From a virus (lineage: Duplodnaviria > Heunggongvirae > Uroviricota > Caudoviricetes), in the IMG/VR virus record IMGVR_UViG_3300012663_000706: a stretch of DNA of 64,000 bases; one strand, 5' to 3'. Under the pieces are notes generated by a model, which was given only the letters and a program-made list of their open reading frames with translations, searched no databases and was not told where the DNA came from. The position numbers and the translations under genes are program-made. The first letter of the stretch is position 1. Each line of letters starts with the position of its first letter. Below are positions 9,525-17,947 of this stretch, one piece after another.

Positions 9525-10160
9525 TTAATCCCACCAGCCGTTTAATCCGGTTCCATTGTACCATTCATTCCAAAGATCGCGACTATTCTTTTCTTCTACG
9601 GAAGCATTTTTTACAATCTTTTTAAATTCGGCGTGGTTTTGACCTTTTAAAATATTCCAAAGCTCTTTCCATTCCTGTTCTTCAATTTGGCGAGATCTGT
9701 TAAATACTTTACGATTGTGTTTCTTCTCGAATGGAGTTTCATTATCTACTAATCGACTAAAACCTGGTTTATCTGGAACTTCTTCAAATTCCCAATCTCT
9801 TTGGTATAAATCTCCTAATTCAGCTTCAGCCATTTCAATATAGTTACTCTCATTATAATTCTTAATAAGTTCAACTGCTCTACGCATTGCTGCAACCTTT
9901 TTCATTCTTGGTCCATCAACTTCATTTCCTCTAACTTCTAAGTTATCCGACATGTGGGTTAGCCCAATTTCTAGAAACATTAATGTACCATGATGGTCCC
10001 ACCAATAATGATTAGCTAGAGCCTTTCTAAAACGCCAAACATTTTTTACAAAACGACTAATGTAATATCTAAAAAATGAATAGAATTTATAAATTTTTGA
10101 CTCATGCCAAATTAATTTCTTAAGACTCTTTCCAAAAGAATCAGCAAATCCTATTTCCAT
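9525..10160 (-). CDS. hypothetical protein (211 aa)
   Basis: ORF only. Confidence 0.4.
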   Translation of the reverse strand: MEIGFADSFGKSLKKLIWHESKIYKFYSFFRYYISRFVKNVWRFRKALANHYWWDHHGTLMFLEIGLTHMSDNLEVRGNEVDGPRMKKVAAMRRAVELIKNYNESNYIEMAEAELGDLYQRDWEFEEVPDKPGFSRLVDNETPFEKKHNRKVFNRSRQIEEQEWKELWNILKGQNHAEFKKIVKNASVEEKNSRDLWNEWYNGTGLNGWWD

Positions 10161-10171
10161 AATTTTAATTT

Positions 10172-10876
10172 TTAAATAAATGTAATTTCGTTGGTTTCTG
10201 GATTCCAGTCAAACGTGACTGGCTTATTAACATATTCGTATCTTTCATTTAGAATAGAAGCATTAAAAAAATGAGTTCCATTATGAAATTTATAACCGTA
10301 TCCGCCATGAATATGTCCGCATACATGTATTTTTGGAGGTTGTTCATCTAGTTTTTCTCTTAGTAGGGCACAGCCTAGATTTGGTTCATTATATGGAGGT
10401 CCACTCATATCTAAATGTCCTTGAGCTGGTCCATGTGTTATTAATATTTCAGTGTCTGTTGGAATTGCTTCCCATTTTGCCATTAAACCAGGTCCGCCTT
10501 TCGGTAAATTAAAAGCCCAATTGTAAAATTCTGGCTGCCATGGCACACCGTAGATTTTAGCTGTTTCAGTATCGTCTCCAATTTTAGCCCAATCATCTTG
10601 AAGATATGTTATATTCTTATATGAATTAACAATTTCCATTGCCTTCTCTGGTACATTTTCGAACATTCTGTCGTGATTTCCAGCAATAAAGACTTTATGG
10701 TCATATTGTTCTAAACCGTCGAACCATTTACAAAAACTTGTAATGTCATTTGAATTATATCCTGAATTCATAATGTCTCCGGCGTGGATTAACAAGTCTC
10801 CACCTGGAAGATCGGTTTTTTCCCAATCTAATTCGTTGTGTTTTGTATGCGTATCTGAAATTAATGTGATTCTCAT
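10172..10876 (-). CDS. calcineurin-like metallophosphoesterase (234 aa)
   Basis: Motifs D.H (ISDTH), GDIMNSG, GNHD, ITHGPAQGH and GHIHGG. Confidence 0.75.
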   Translation of the reverse strand: MRITLISDTHTKHNELDWEKTDLPGGDLLIHAGDIMNSGYNSNDITSFCKWFDGLEQYDHKVFIAGNHDRMFENVPEKAMEIVNSYKNITYLQDDWAKIGDDTETAKIYGVPWQPEFYNWAFNLPKGGPGLMAKWEAIPTDTEILITHGPAQGHLDMSGPPYNEPNLGCALLREKLDEQPPKIHVCGHIHGGYGYKFHNGTHFFNASILNERYEYVNKPVTFDWNPETNEITFI

Positions 10877-10925
10877 CTCTTATTCTATGTTTTTCTCTTT
10901 ATTATATTATCAAATTCCAATTTGT

Positions 10926-11162
10926 TTATACATACTGGAATTCTTCCATAAGAGGCCAAATCCTAGTCTCTACCTGTGCATCCGTAATATACTGGAGTTC
11001 ACATAACATATCGTTAATAATATCATTTGCCTCGGCAGTTGATTGATAGGTTGGTAACCCGATGATTTCAGCGATATGTCTTAACGGTTGTTCATTATCA
11101 GAAAATATTGCTAATGTTCCGAAAGTTTCTATTGCGTTTTTGATTCTATTTCTCTTTTCCAT
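10926..11162 (-). CDS. hypothetical protein (78 aa)
   Basis: ORF only. The early-type motif lies upstream of it. Confidence 0.35.
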   Translation of the reverse strand: MEKRNRIKNAIETFGTLAIFSDNEQPLRHIAEIIGLPTYQSTAEANDIINDMLCELQYITDAQVETRIWPLMEEFQYV

Positions 11163-11180
11163 TATATGTTTATTTATTAC

Positions 11181-11217
11181 TATACAAATATAAACAAAAT
11201 ATTTGACATAAAAAAAC
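11181..11217. promoter_or_regulatory. early-type motif copy (TATACAAATATAAACAAAATATTTGACATAAAAAAAC) in a divergent intergenic region
   Basis: Lies between the minus-strand 78-aa gene start at 11162 and the plus-strand micro-ORF start at 11288. It contains a TTGACA hexamer and may serve both directions. Confidence 0.35.
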
Positions 11218-11287
11218 TTTTAGTGATTTATTTTTCAATAAGTGAAAATAAATATTGAAACCAACAAAAAATAGTTAAACCAAGATT

Positions 11288-11416
11288 ATGGCAAAGGCAA
11301 AAGGTGGAGCTGGTCCTGCAAAAGTTCAGTTCGGAAAACGTAAAAGTGGAAAAGCTTCTAAAGGCAAAAACAAACATGCTAGAAAAGTAAGCAAATACCG
11401 CGGTCAAGGACGTTAA
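11288..11416 (+). CDS. small, highly basic protein, 42 aa (MAKAKGGAGPAKVQFGKRKSGKASKGKNKHARKVSKYRGQGR). Its only plus-strand neighbour is the ORF at 28803..29312.
   Basis: Clean ATG to TAA ORF in a 310-nt intergenic gap, followed at once by a strong hairpin terminator. About a third of its residues are Lys or Arg. It is too short for the ORF track. Confidence 0.5.
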   Translation: MAKAKGGAGPAKVQFGKRKSGKASKGKNKHARKVSKYRGQGR

Positions 11417-11420
11417 ATAA

Positions 11421-11452
11421 GAAAAGCTCTCTTTCGAGAGCTTTTTCTTTTA
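11421..11452. terminator. bidirectional rho-independent terminator
   Basis: AAAAGCTCTC-tttc-GAGAGCTTTT with A and T runs on both sides. It terminates the plus-strand micro-ORF and the minus-strand gene at 11474..12280. Confidence 0.7.
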
Positions 11453-11473
11453 CAAGTGGTGCCTAACTTATAA

Positions 11474-12280
11474 TTAATCTATTTTCGTTCCGCAGCTTGG
11501 ACAGAATTTCCAAGTTTGCTTCTTCATTCTAGTTCCACATCCAGAACAATAATTTCTAAGATCTGAAATTTCTGCTGGTTTATTAGATTCTGCTAGAATT
11601 TGCATGTATACAGTTTCACATGGATAATTTTCAAATTCCATAAATACTGATGAGAAATTCTGATTTGAACTAGAGCCTTTTTCAACTCTACCAGTTTCAT
11701 AATTTGCTTGAATTCCGCTAGGTCCCGAAGGTCCATTGCTTCCAATAGCACCAGTTGATGTTGAAGAATAAAATGCGGTGTTTGTGGTTGTTGAACCTCC
11801 TACAAAATTACTGCTAGACGTGATAGTTGTACCACAATAAGGCATAGGTGTAGGACTTGCAGTACCTGGAGTATTCCAGCTTCTCCAACTTGGATTTACG
11901 TTAACAACGTATCCTGAGTTTTGTACAACCTTTTCTCTGTAGTAAATTACTTTAACTGAACCGTTGTTTTTGATAGCATTTAAAACTTCTTTATCGGTAC
12001 CGTCAACTTCATAAGTTCTAAAAACAAATTTGTTGTTGGTGTCGATGTATCGTTCTAAGAATACTCTTTGTCCTGGTTTTAGGACTAATCCACTCTCTGA
12101 AATTATGGTGTCATTCATCCAGATTTTTGCAAGTACTGAGTACTCGTGTGAATTAAATAATTCGATTTGAAATTCATCACCGTCCTTTAAATATACGACT
12201 TCTGAATTTGCTGGGCTCTTGTAAGTTTTGAGCCTGCTGTTTTTTACGGCAATGTGAGCCGCCTTTGTTTTTGTTGTCAT
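11474..12280 (-). CDS. hypothetical protein with C-terminal zinc ribbon (268 aa)
   Basis: C-terminal CSGCGTRMKKQTWKFCPSCG (CxxC...CxxC). The central region is Ser/Thr/Gly-rich. Confidence 0.45.
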   Translation of the reverse strand: MTTKTKAAHIAVKNSRLKTYKSPANSEVVYLKDGDEFQIELFNSHEYSVLAKIWMNDTIISESGLVLKPGQRVFLERYIDTNNKFVFRTYEVDGTDKEVLNAIKNNGSVKVIYYREKVVQNSGYVVNVNPSWRSWNTPGTASPTPMPYCGTTITSSSNFVGGSTTTNTAFYSSTSTGAIGSNGPSGPSGIQANYETGRVEKGSSSNQNFSSVFMEFENYPCETVYMQILAESNKPAEISDLRNYCSGCGTRMKKQTWKFCPSCGTKID

Positions 12281-12374
12281 TGTTTTACCATTTATTTTAA
12301 AACCCTTTTACTACCTTTAGGATAGTTCTAAAGCCATTATTGACTCAGGGCCTCAAGTGTGTTGGGCACCACTT

Positions 12375-12463
12375 TGGCGGAAAGAGTAGGATTCGAACCC
12401 ACGGTACCTTGCAGTACGTCAGATTTCAAGTCTGATGCGATAGACCAACTCTGCCATCTTTCC
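12375..12463 (-). tRNA. tRNA-Ser (anticodon TGA)
   Basis: The reverse complement is GGAAAGA...GGTTCGAATCC...TCTTTCCGCCA. It has a 7-bp acceptor stem, a TTCGAAT T-loop, the anticodon loop cTTGAaa (UGA) and a long variable arm with a GTAC self-paired stem, as expected for a class II Ser tRNA. An ATATATAA-like motif lies about 12 nt upstream. Confidence 0.8.
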
Positions 12464-12496
12464 AATTATTAATTATATATGATTTTTAGAAACTGT

Positions 12497-15400
12497 TTAA
12501 AACGCTGGTTTCGTTCTGAAAACAGCGTTATTGATAGCATCTTCAAAAGCGTTTTGTATGTCTGCCTTTGTAAGTTGCTGACCTGGTTTTGCCGCAGGTC
12601 CAGCTGGTGCTCCAGGTTTTCCTGTGCCAGCTTTTGCGTTTGCAGCAGCCATTGCAGGTGATGGAGTAACCGAAGGTGTTTCGACCGGAGCCGCTGTACT
12701 TTTCTTAAATTCTTCGATCATCAATGTTAATTGTTTGATCGAATCGTTAAGTGCAGAACTCATTTGGTTAATTGAACCAGCGCCTTTATATCCAGAAAGA
12801 TATGCAAGACCTTGGAACATATCGCTTGTAAATTTCAAGTTAACTTTGTCAAATGAATTTAAGGTATCTTTAAGTCTACCCATATCATCGACATATTTCT
12901 TAAAGTTGTCTACGAATTTAACCCATGGATCAATATTCTCTGCGATAATCTTCATTTTATCAGCAACATTTCCTAGAACTAGAACAAATTTACCCTGTTC
13001 TTCTGAATTTTCTCCAGCACTTGCAAGAGCTCCAGTCATTCCAGAAATAATTCCTTGAATTTTAGTATTTAATGCAGCTGGATCAACGTTAGTTTCCATG
13101 AATGTTTTAGCAGCATCTGCAATTTTCTTAATTGGATCTGCAAAACTCTGAACAAGTTCAACACCATCTTCGATTTTAGAAGAACCAAACCAACCCCAAT
13201 CATTTTGAGCATCTGGATTATTTCCAATCTCTCCCATAGTTCCTGTTAACGCAATTACGAGAGATCTGATATTATCAGTAACTTTTTGCATGGAATCTTT
13301 TCCTAGAGATTCGTATCCTACGATTTTTCCATTTTGATAAATTGGTATCTTAAGATCTGCAAAAGCCTGAACTCCTTTGGCAATTTCAGAAATAGCGCTT
13401 CCCATACCTTGTACAGCTCCAATACCATCGGTAACTGGATTTCCGCCACCGCCAAAAATCATGTTTGTAAAACTCTTCTGTCCTCCAGGATATTCAAGTC
13501 CTATTTCTCCAAATACATCAGCTAAAGAACCAACAATATTTCTAATATTATCTTTTAATTTATCGAATGCACCAGAATCAAGACTATTATAACCAACAAT
13601 TTTTGTACCTTGATAAATTGGGAACTTTAAGTCAGCCATTGATTGAACTCCGCCTGCAATTGATGTTAGTACATCTCCCATTCCCATTACTGCGGCAATA
13701 CCATCAGCGACTGGTGATTGTGACCCTCCACCAAAAACACTAGCAAAGAAGCCTGATTTACCACCAGGATATTTAACCCCTAATTCACCAAAGGTCGTAC
13801 TTAATGAACCAACAATTAAATTGATATTATCATTAACCTTTTTAAATGTGTCATTAGATAATGTGTAGTAACCTGTGATTTTAGTTCCTGTATAGATTGG
13901 AAACTTTAAGTCAGCCATTGATTGAACTCCATAAGCAATTCCTGATAGAGCGTCTCCCATTCCCATTGTTGCAGAAATACCATCAGCTAGCGCAGATTGT
14001 TTTCCTCCACCAAAGATACTGGCAAATAAACTTTTACTTCCTCCTGGATATTTAACTCCTAATTCAGCAAATGGTGTTGCGATTGACGTAATTAAGTTAC
14101 CAATTTGAGTTGGTATGACTGCGTAATCTATTTTTAAATCCTGAATCTTTTTAATACCGTATGATATTGTAGCTAATGCCATCCCAGCCATAATCATAGC
14201 AGGTGCAGTAGCATACATTGATGCGATATTTACAGGGCTAAGTGTAAATGAACGTGCAATTGATAACATCAACCACTCCATATTACTCATCATTCTTCCA
14301 GCACCAAAACCTAAGAATCCTTCAGTCTCGTGTCCTGAATCGCCGAGCATTACAGACATATCGCTACCACTAAATAACTTCGCCATTGCCATTGCTCCAA
14401 GAGCAACTGCTCCTAATGCTACACCAGCAACAATCATTGCTGCGGCACCGGCAAGAATAAATACTGCAGCAGCTCCAGCAACTCCCATAACTAATCCTAC
14501 TCCAGTAACTAATGCACCAATCTGACCAATTGTAGTCCAACCTGATGCGTCTGGTTTAACCGCTGATGCAAATATATTAACTGCTAATCCTAATAATATA
14601 ATTGGGATTGCGGCAACTATCATCACAAGTGCTCCTTCAAAAATTGGCAGCGCTTGTTTACCAGCCAAATACATTACTAATGCTACACCGGTAACCATTG
14701 CACCGACCATTAATAATGTACCCATAGGATCTCCAGTTTTTTGTAGAAACTGATCTACTAAATATATTGCTAGACCTAATAAAAGTATTGCTCCAGCTGC
14801 GAACATTAACGCTATACTGGTAGTTCTTAATGATTTATCAACTCCTAATTTATCAAGTGCAAAAAACATTAAACCTATACCAAGAACTATGGCTCCAACA
14901 AACATTAAAGTCTTGATTGGATCGTCCATTGCTGCTAATATAACTTCAACTAATAAAAATGTTATTCCTAAAGTTAGAATTGCTAAACTAGCAAACATTA
15001 ATGCTTTACTAGTATCTTTCATAGATTTATCAATTCCCATCTTATCTAACAAAAAGAATACTCCTCCAATTGCTAGCAATGAAATTACAATAAATGGTAA
15101 TGCTGTTATACCAACTGGATAGAGAAATGAAGCTAATACTAAAGCAACTCCAAGTATTAATATTGCCTTTCCAACTCCGCCCATTGCAATTAATGCCTCT
15201 TGGGTTTTCTTATCTGATAGTGGCTTTGCAGCTATTTGTAAAACTTTAGCTATAATAAATAATGCTAATCCAAATAAAGGTGCTGCAATTGCTCCTATTA
15301 ATAAGAGTGGTGTTGCTAAAAATAAATATGCAGCAAATTTAAGAATTGCTGGTCCTATTTTTGAAATAGAATCGATTGTTAAAACTAGGGCTTCTGCCTT

Positions 15401-15826
15401 TGCTTTAAATTCTTTACTAGAACCTTGCATAGATTCAATTGCATCAACAATTGCTTTTAATCCTTTACCAATACCTTGTAATCCTTTACCTCCTAAAACT
15501 TTAAGTGCTACAGCATCTCCAATTCCAGAACCGCCTGCAGCTCCGCCTCCTCCTTTACCAGATTTAGTGTTTGTTGCGATTTCTTTTAATAGTTTTAACT
15601 CGTCTAGCCTTTGTTTAAATTGAAGCATGTTCGCAGCCTGACCGCCAGTGCTAATCGCTTTAGTAGTATTTACTGCGATGGTCTTTAACAACTTTACCAT
15701 CTCATCTACTTTACCAAAAAAGGCTCCACCTGGGGAAACTGCTAATGCAGTAACCTCAGATGAAGCGCTAATGTATTGTAAATTGTCGACAGATAGTCGT
15801 TCAAAAGGACTTTTGAAAATGCTCAA
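12497..15826 (-). CDS. tail tape measure protein (1109 aa), apparent TTG start
   Basis: Very large protein downstream of the tube and sheath genes. It has multiple TM helices and three tandem ~90-aa repeats (ELGVKYPGG...MGMGD...VQSMADLKFPIY.GTKI.GY). Confidence 0.6.
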   Translation of the reverse strand: MSIFKSPFERLSVDNLQYISASSEVTALAVSPGGAFFGKVDEMVKLLKTIAVNTTKAISTGGQAANMLQFKQRLDELKLLKEIATNTKSGKGGGGAAGGSGIGDAVALKVLGGKGLQGIGKGLKAIVDAIESMQGSSKEFKAKAEALVLTIDSISKIGPAILKFAAYLFLATPLLLIGAIAAPLFGLALFIIAKVLQIAAKPLSDKKTQEALIAMGGVGKAILILGVALVLASFLYPVGITALPFIVISLLAIGGVFFLLDKMGIDKSMKDTSKALMFASLAILTLGITFLLVEVILAAMDDPIKTLMFVGAIVLGIGLMFFALDKLGVDKSLRTTSIALMFAAGAILLLGLAIYLVDQFLQKTGDPMGTLLMVGAMVTGVALVMYLAGKQALPIFEGALVMIVAAIPIILLGLAVNIFASAVKPDASGWTTIGQIGALVTGVGLVMGVAGAAAVFILAGAAAMIVAGVALGAVALGAMAMAKLFSGSDMSVMLGDSGHETEGFLGFGAGRMMSNMEWLMLSIARSFTLSPVNIASMYATAPAMIMAGMALATISYGIKKIQDLKIDYAVIPTQIGNLITSIATPFAELGVKYPGGSKSLFASIFGGGKQSALADGISATMGMGDALSGIAYGVQSMADLKFPIYTGTKITGYYTLSNDTFKKVNDNINLIVGSLSTTFGELGVKYPGGKSGFFASVFGGGSQSPVADGIAAVMGMGDVLTSIAGGVQSMADLKFPIYQGTKIVGYNSLDSGAFDKLKDNIRNIVGSLADVFGEIGLEYPGGQKSFTNMIFGGGGNPVTDGIGAVQGMGSAISEIAKGVQAFADLKIPIYQNGKIVGYESLGKDSMQKVTDNIRSLVIALTGTMGEIGNNPDAQNDWGWFGSSKIEDGVELVQSFADPIKKIADAAKTFMETNVDPAALNTKIQGIISGMTGALASAGENSEEQGKFVLVLGNVADKMKIIAENIDPWVKFVDNFKKYVDDMGRLKDTLNSFDKVNLKFTSDMFQGLAYLSGYKGAGSINQMSSALNDSIKQLTLMIEEFKKSTAAPVETPSVTPSPAMAAANAKAGTGKPGAPAGPAAKPGQQLTKADIQNAFEDAINNAVFRTKPAF
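13250..14080 (-). repeat. three tandem ~270-bp intragenic repeats inside the tape measure gene
   Basis: The protein-level repeats are described under the gene at 12497..15826; the nucleotide similarity is visible by eye. Confidence 0.6.
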
Positions 15827-15859
15827 AATCTATGTACTATTTTTTACTATATATCAAGA

Positions 15860-16165
15860 TTAAAACTTAGGAGTCTTGAAAGATGGCGTTTTAAATGATG
15901 GAGTTTTCATACTTGGCATTTTTTGTTTTGCCATTTTTGAAGGATCTCCATATTGCTGTGCTGCCGCATCTTCTTGACCTTTTTGTCCATCGTTTTGTTT
16001 CTTAATATATTCTGCTAGGTCTTTTACTATGTACCAATATTCGTAATAGTCAAGCTTATCGATCTCAGACGGTTGTATATGCAGATGATACATGAGATAA
16101 AACTTCGTCTTAAAGAAGTTCTCCAGCGATATCTTGAACAACGAAAAGAGATTTGATCCCGTCAC
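15860..16165 (-). CDS. ORF overlapping the 3' end of the upstream chaperone-like gene (101 aa; C-terminal KTPSFKTPSFKTPKF repeats). It may be a frameshift extension or an independent GTG-initiated product.
   Basis: Overlaps the gene at 16110..17060 by 56 nt in a different frame. It lies between the tail tube and tape measure genes, where G/GT-type chaperone pairs are found. Confidence 0.35.
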   Translation of the reverse strand: MTGSNLFSLFKISLENFFKTKFYLMYHLHIQPSEIDKLDYYEYWYIVKDLAEYIKKQNDGQKGQEDAAAQQYGDPSKMAKQKMPSMKTPSFKTPSFKTPKF

Positions 16166-17060
16166 GAAAGCCGATAGTTACGAGAACCTCCTCGTCTCCA
16201 AACGGTACTAACATTTCTGGTTGTACTCCAATTCGCATTTTTTCAGCAAGTCTATATACTAATGAATATTTCTGTGTATTCCAACTGTGGAAATCAACTT
16301 CTCCTTTAAAGATTTTCTCATCTGTAAAACCTCTCCAATCTAATGTGATATAAGGTATGATTTGCAGGTAAGATTGATCCCATTGTTTTTTCTCAATTTG
16401 ACGAACTTTAATGTAATTCGTAATAGCTTCCATTACTCCAATAGAAGGTGGACGCATCATGATTGTACCGAAGCTTTTCGTTTTAATAGCAAATGCTCTA
16501 GCTTCATCATCATAATATTTTTCAATTTCTTCGGTTACCTTAGATAATTGGAAATATTGCGCGCTGATTTCAGCATCGAATTCTTCACCATCTTTAGTTG
16601 TTGCTTTAACAGTCAACTTAGATTCTGGTTCAGGGAATGTTAGGTCTCTGATCGACAATAGAATATAAATTCTATCCTCTTCAAGAATATCTTTGTAAGA
16701 TAACACTTTAGCACCACTGTTGAATCTCGTGCAATTTTTTACAATGTGATTTAACTTGTCTTCGATGTCTAATAAATTACCTTCATCGATAGTTGAAAAA
16801 TGTCTAACTTCAGAAACTTGTGCCGGTCTAATTGCTAATTTAGAACCACTTGGATAAAATCTACCACCTGATGGCAATGTAGAAATATCAATGTTGTGAT
16901 AACCTAAATGCATGTCTGGATCTAATGCCTTTTGAGTTGCATAACGTTCCATGTTTACTTTCCCTAGGTCAAGTCTTTCTTCATGATTTTCTTTTTCTTC
17001 TACCATTTTACGGTATTGTTCTTCCGAATTTTGTTCGTTGTCTTGATTTTTGTTGCTCAT
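16110..17060 (-). CDS. putative tail assembly chaperone-like protein (316 aa)
   Basis: Assigned by position between the tube and tape measure genes. No motif supports it. Confidence 0.35.
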   Translation of the reverse strand: MSNKNQDNEQNSEEQYRKMVEEKENHEERLDLGKVNMERYATQKALDPDMHLGYHNIDISTLPSGGRFYPSGSKLAIRPAQVSEVRHFSTIDEGNLLDIEDKLNHIVKNCTRFNSGAKVLSYKDILEEDRIYILLSIRDLTFPEPESKLTVKATTKDGEEFDAEISAQYFQLSKVTEEIEKYYDDEARAFAIKTKSFGTIMMRPPSIGVMEAITNYIKVRQIEKKQWDQSYLQIIPYITLDWRGFTDEKIFKGEVDFHSWNTQKYSLVYRLAEKMRIGVQPEMLVPFGDEEVLVTIGFRDGIKSLFVVQDIAGELL

Positions 17061-17061
17061 A

Positions 17062-17280
17062 TTACTTTGATTTTAAGTGTTTAATTTTTGTTTTGTCCCA
17101 TTCTTTTACAAGATCGGGTCTTCTTTCGATTTCACGTCTTATTAACTCTCTGATAAATGCAGAAATTGATAAAGGTCTTTGGTCATTTTCGATCGCATCA
17201 TTTAGAATAATGATATTAAGTTCTTGAACCTCCTCATCAGTTATTAAAACCTGAAGTTTTTTAGTTAGTTTGTGTGACAT
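17062..17280 (-). CDS. hypothetical protein (72 aa)
   Basis: ORF, preceded by an ATATATAA motif at 17298..17310. Confidence 0.4.
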   Translation of the reverse strand: MSHKLTKKLQVLITDEEVQELNIIILNDAIENDQRPLSISAFIRELIRREIERRPDLVKEWDKTKIKHLKSK

Positions 17281-17314
17281 AGATTATTTTAATAACATAT
17301 TATATATTTGGTTC

Positions 17315-17344
17315 AAAAAGAAAGGATGACTCGCGCCATCCCTT
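17315..17344 (-). terminator. rho-independent terminator after the tail tube gene
   Basis: The minus-strand reading is AAGGGATG-gcgcgagt-CATCCTTT (8-bp stem including one G-U pair) followed by CTTTTTG. Confidence 0.5.
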
Positions 17345-17357
17345 CAATGTGGTTAGA

Positions 17358-17912
17358 TTATGCTAATACTTCCTTGAAAGTATCACATCTGAATCCTACT
17401 TCTAATGTTGCAGGATCTCCTGATTCATAACTTAATTCGTTAGTGAATGGTAGACCTGATTTAATGAAGCAATCTTCTAAAGTAATTGTTCTGTAAATAT
17501 CTCCAGCTCTGTTGAACTGAACGATAACTAGAGTTCCAGTGTAGTCTTTCTTAAGACCCATAATACCGTTTTGAGGATCGTATGCTAAGTTATACCATTC
17601 TCTCATGGTTTTATAAAGGTATGCTTGATTAGAATCATTTAAGTTCAAAGAGAAGTTAATTGTAATGTCCAATGAAGTACTATCTGGCATACCAGCATAA
17701 GAACGTGTTGCGAACTTATATTTTTGTGTTACTTCTGCAACTTCTTTATATAGATCCAATCCACCGATACTGTTTACGTGTTGTAACAGCAACGGAGCAC
17801 CTTTTACACCAGATGGAGGAATTATGGTAACTTCGAAGAGGTTAGCCTGTACTGGTTCCCATTGTGAACCTTTTCTACTTGTCTGGTCTTGTGAATAATG
17901 TGGTAGTGCCAT
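17358..17912 (-). CDS. tail tube protein (gp19-like, 184 aa)
   Basis: Size is right and it lies immediately downstream of the sheath gene. An ATATATAA motif lies upstream. Confidence 0.5.
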   Translation of the reverse strand: MALPHYSQDQTSRKGSQWEPVQANLFEVTIIPPSGVKGAPLLLQHVNSIGGLDLYKEVAEVTQKYKFATRSYAGMPDSTSLDITINFSLNLNDSNQAYLYKTMREWYNLAYDPQNGIMGLKKDYTGTLVIVQFNRAGDIYRTITLEDCFIKSGLPFTNELSYESGDPATLEVGFRCDTFKEVLA

Positions 17913-17947
17913 CTTGTTCTTTATTGTTTTTTTATATATTCTAATTT

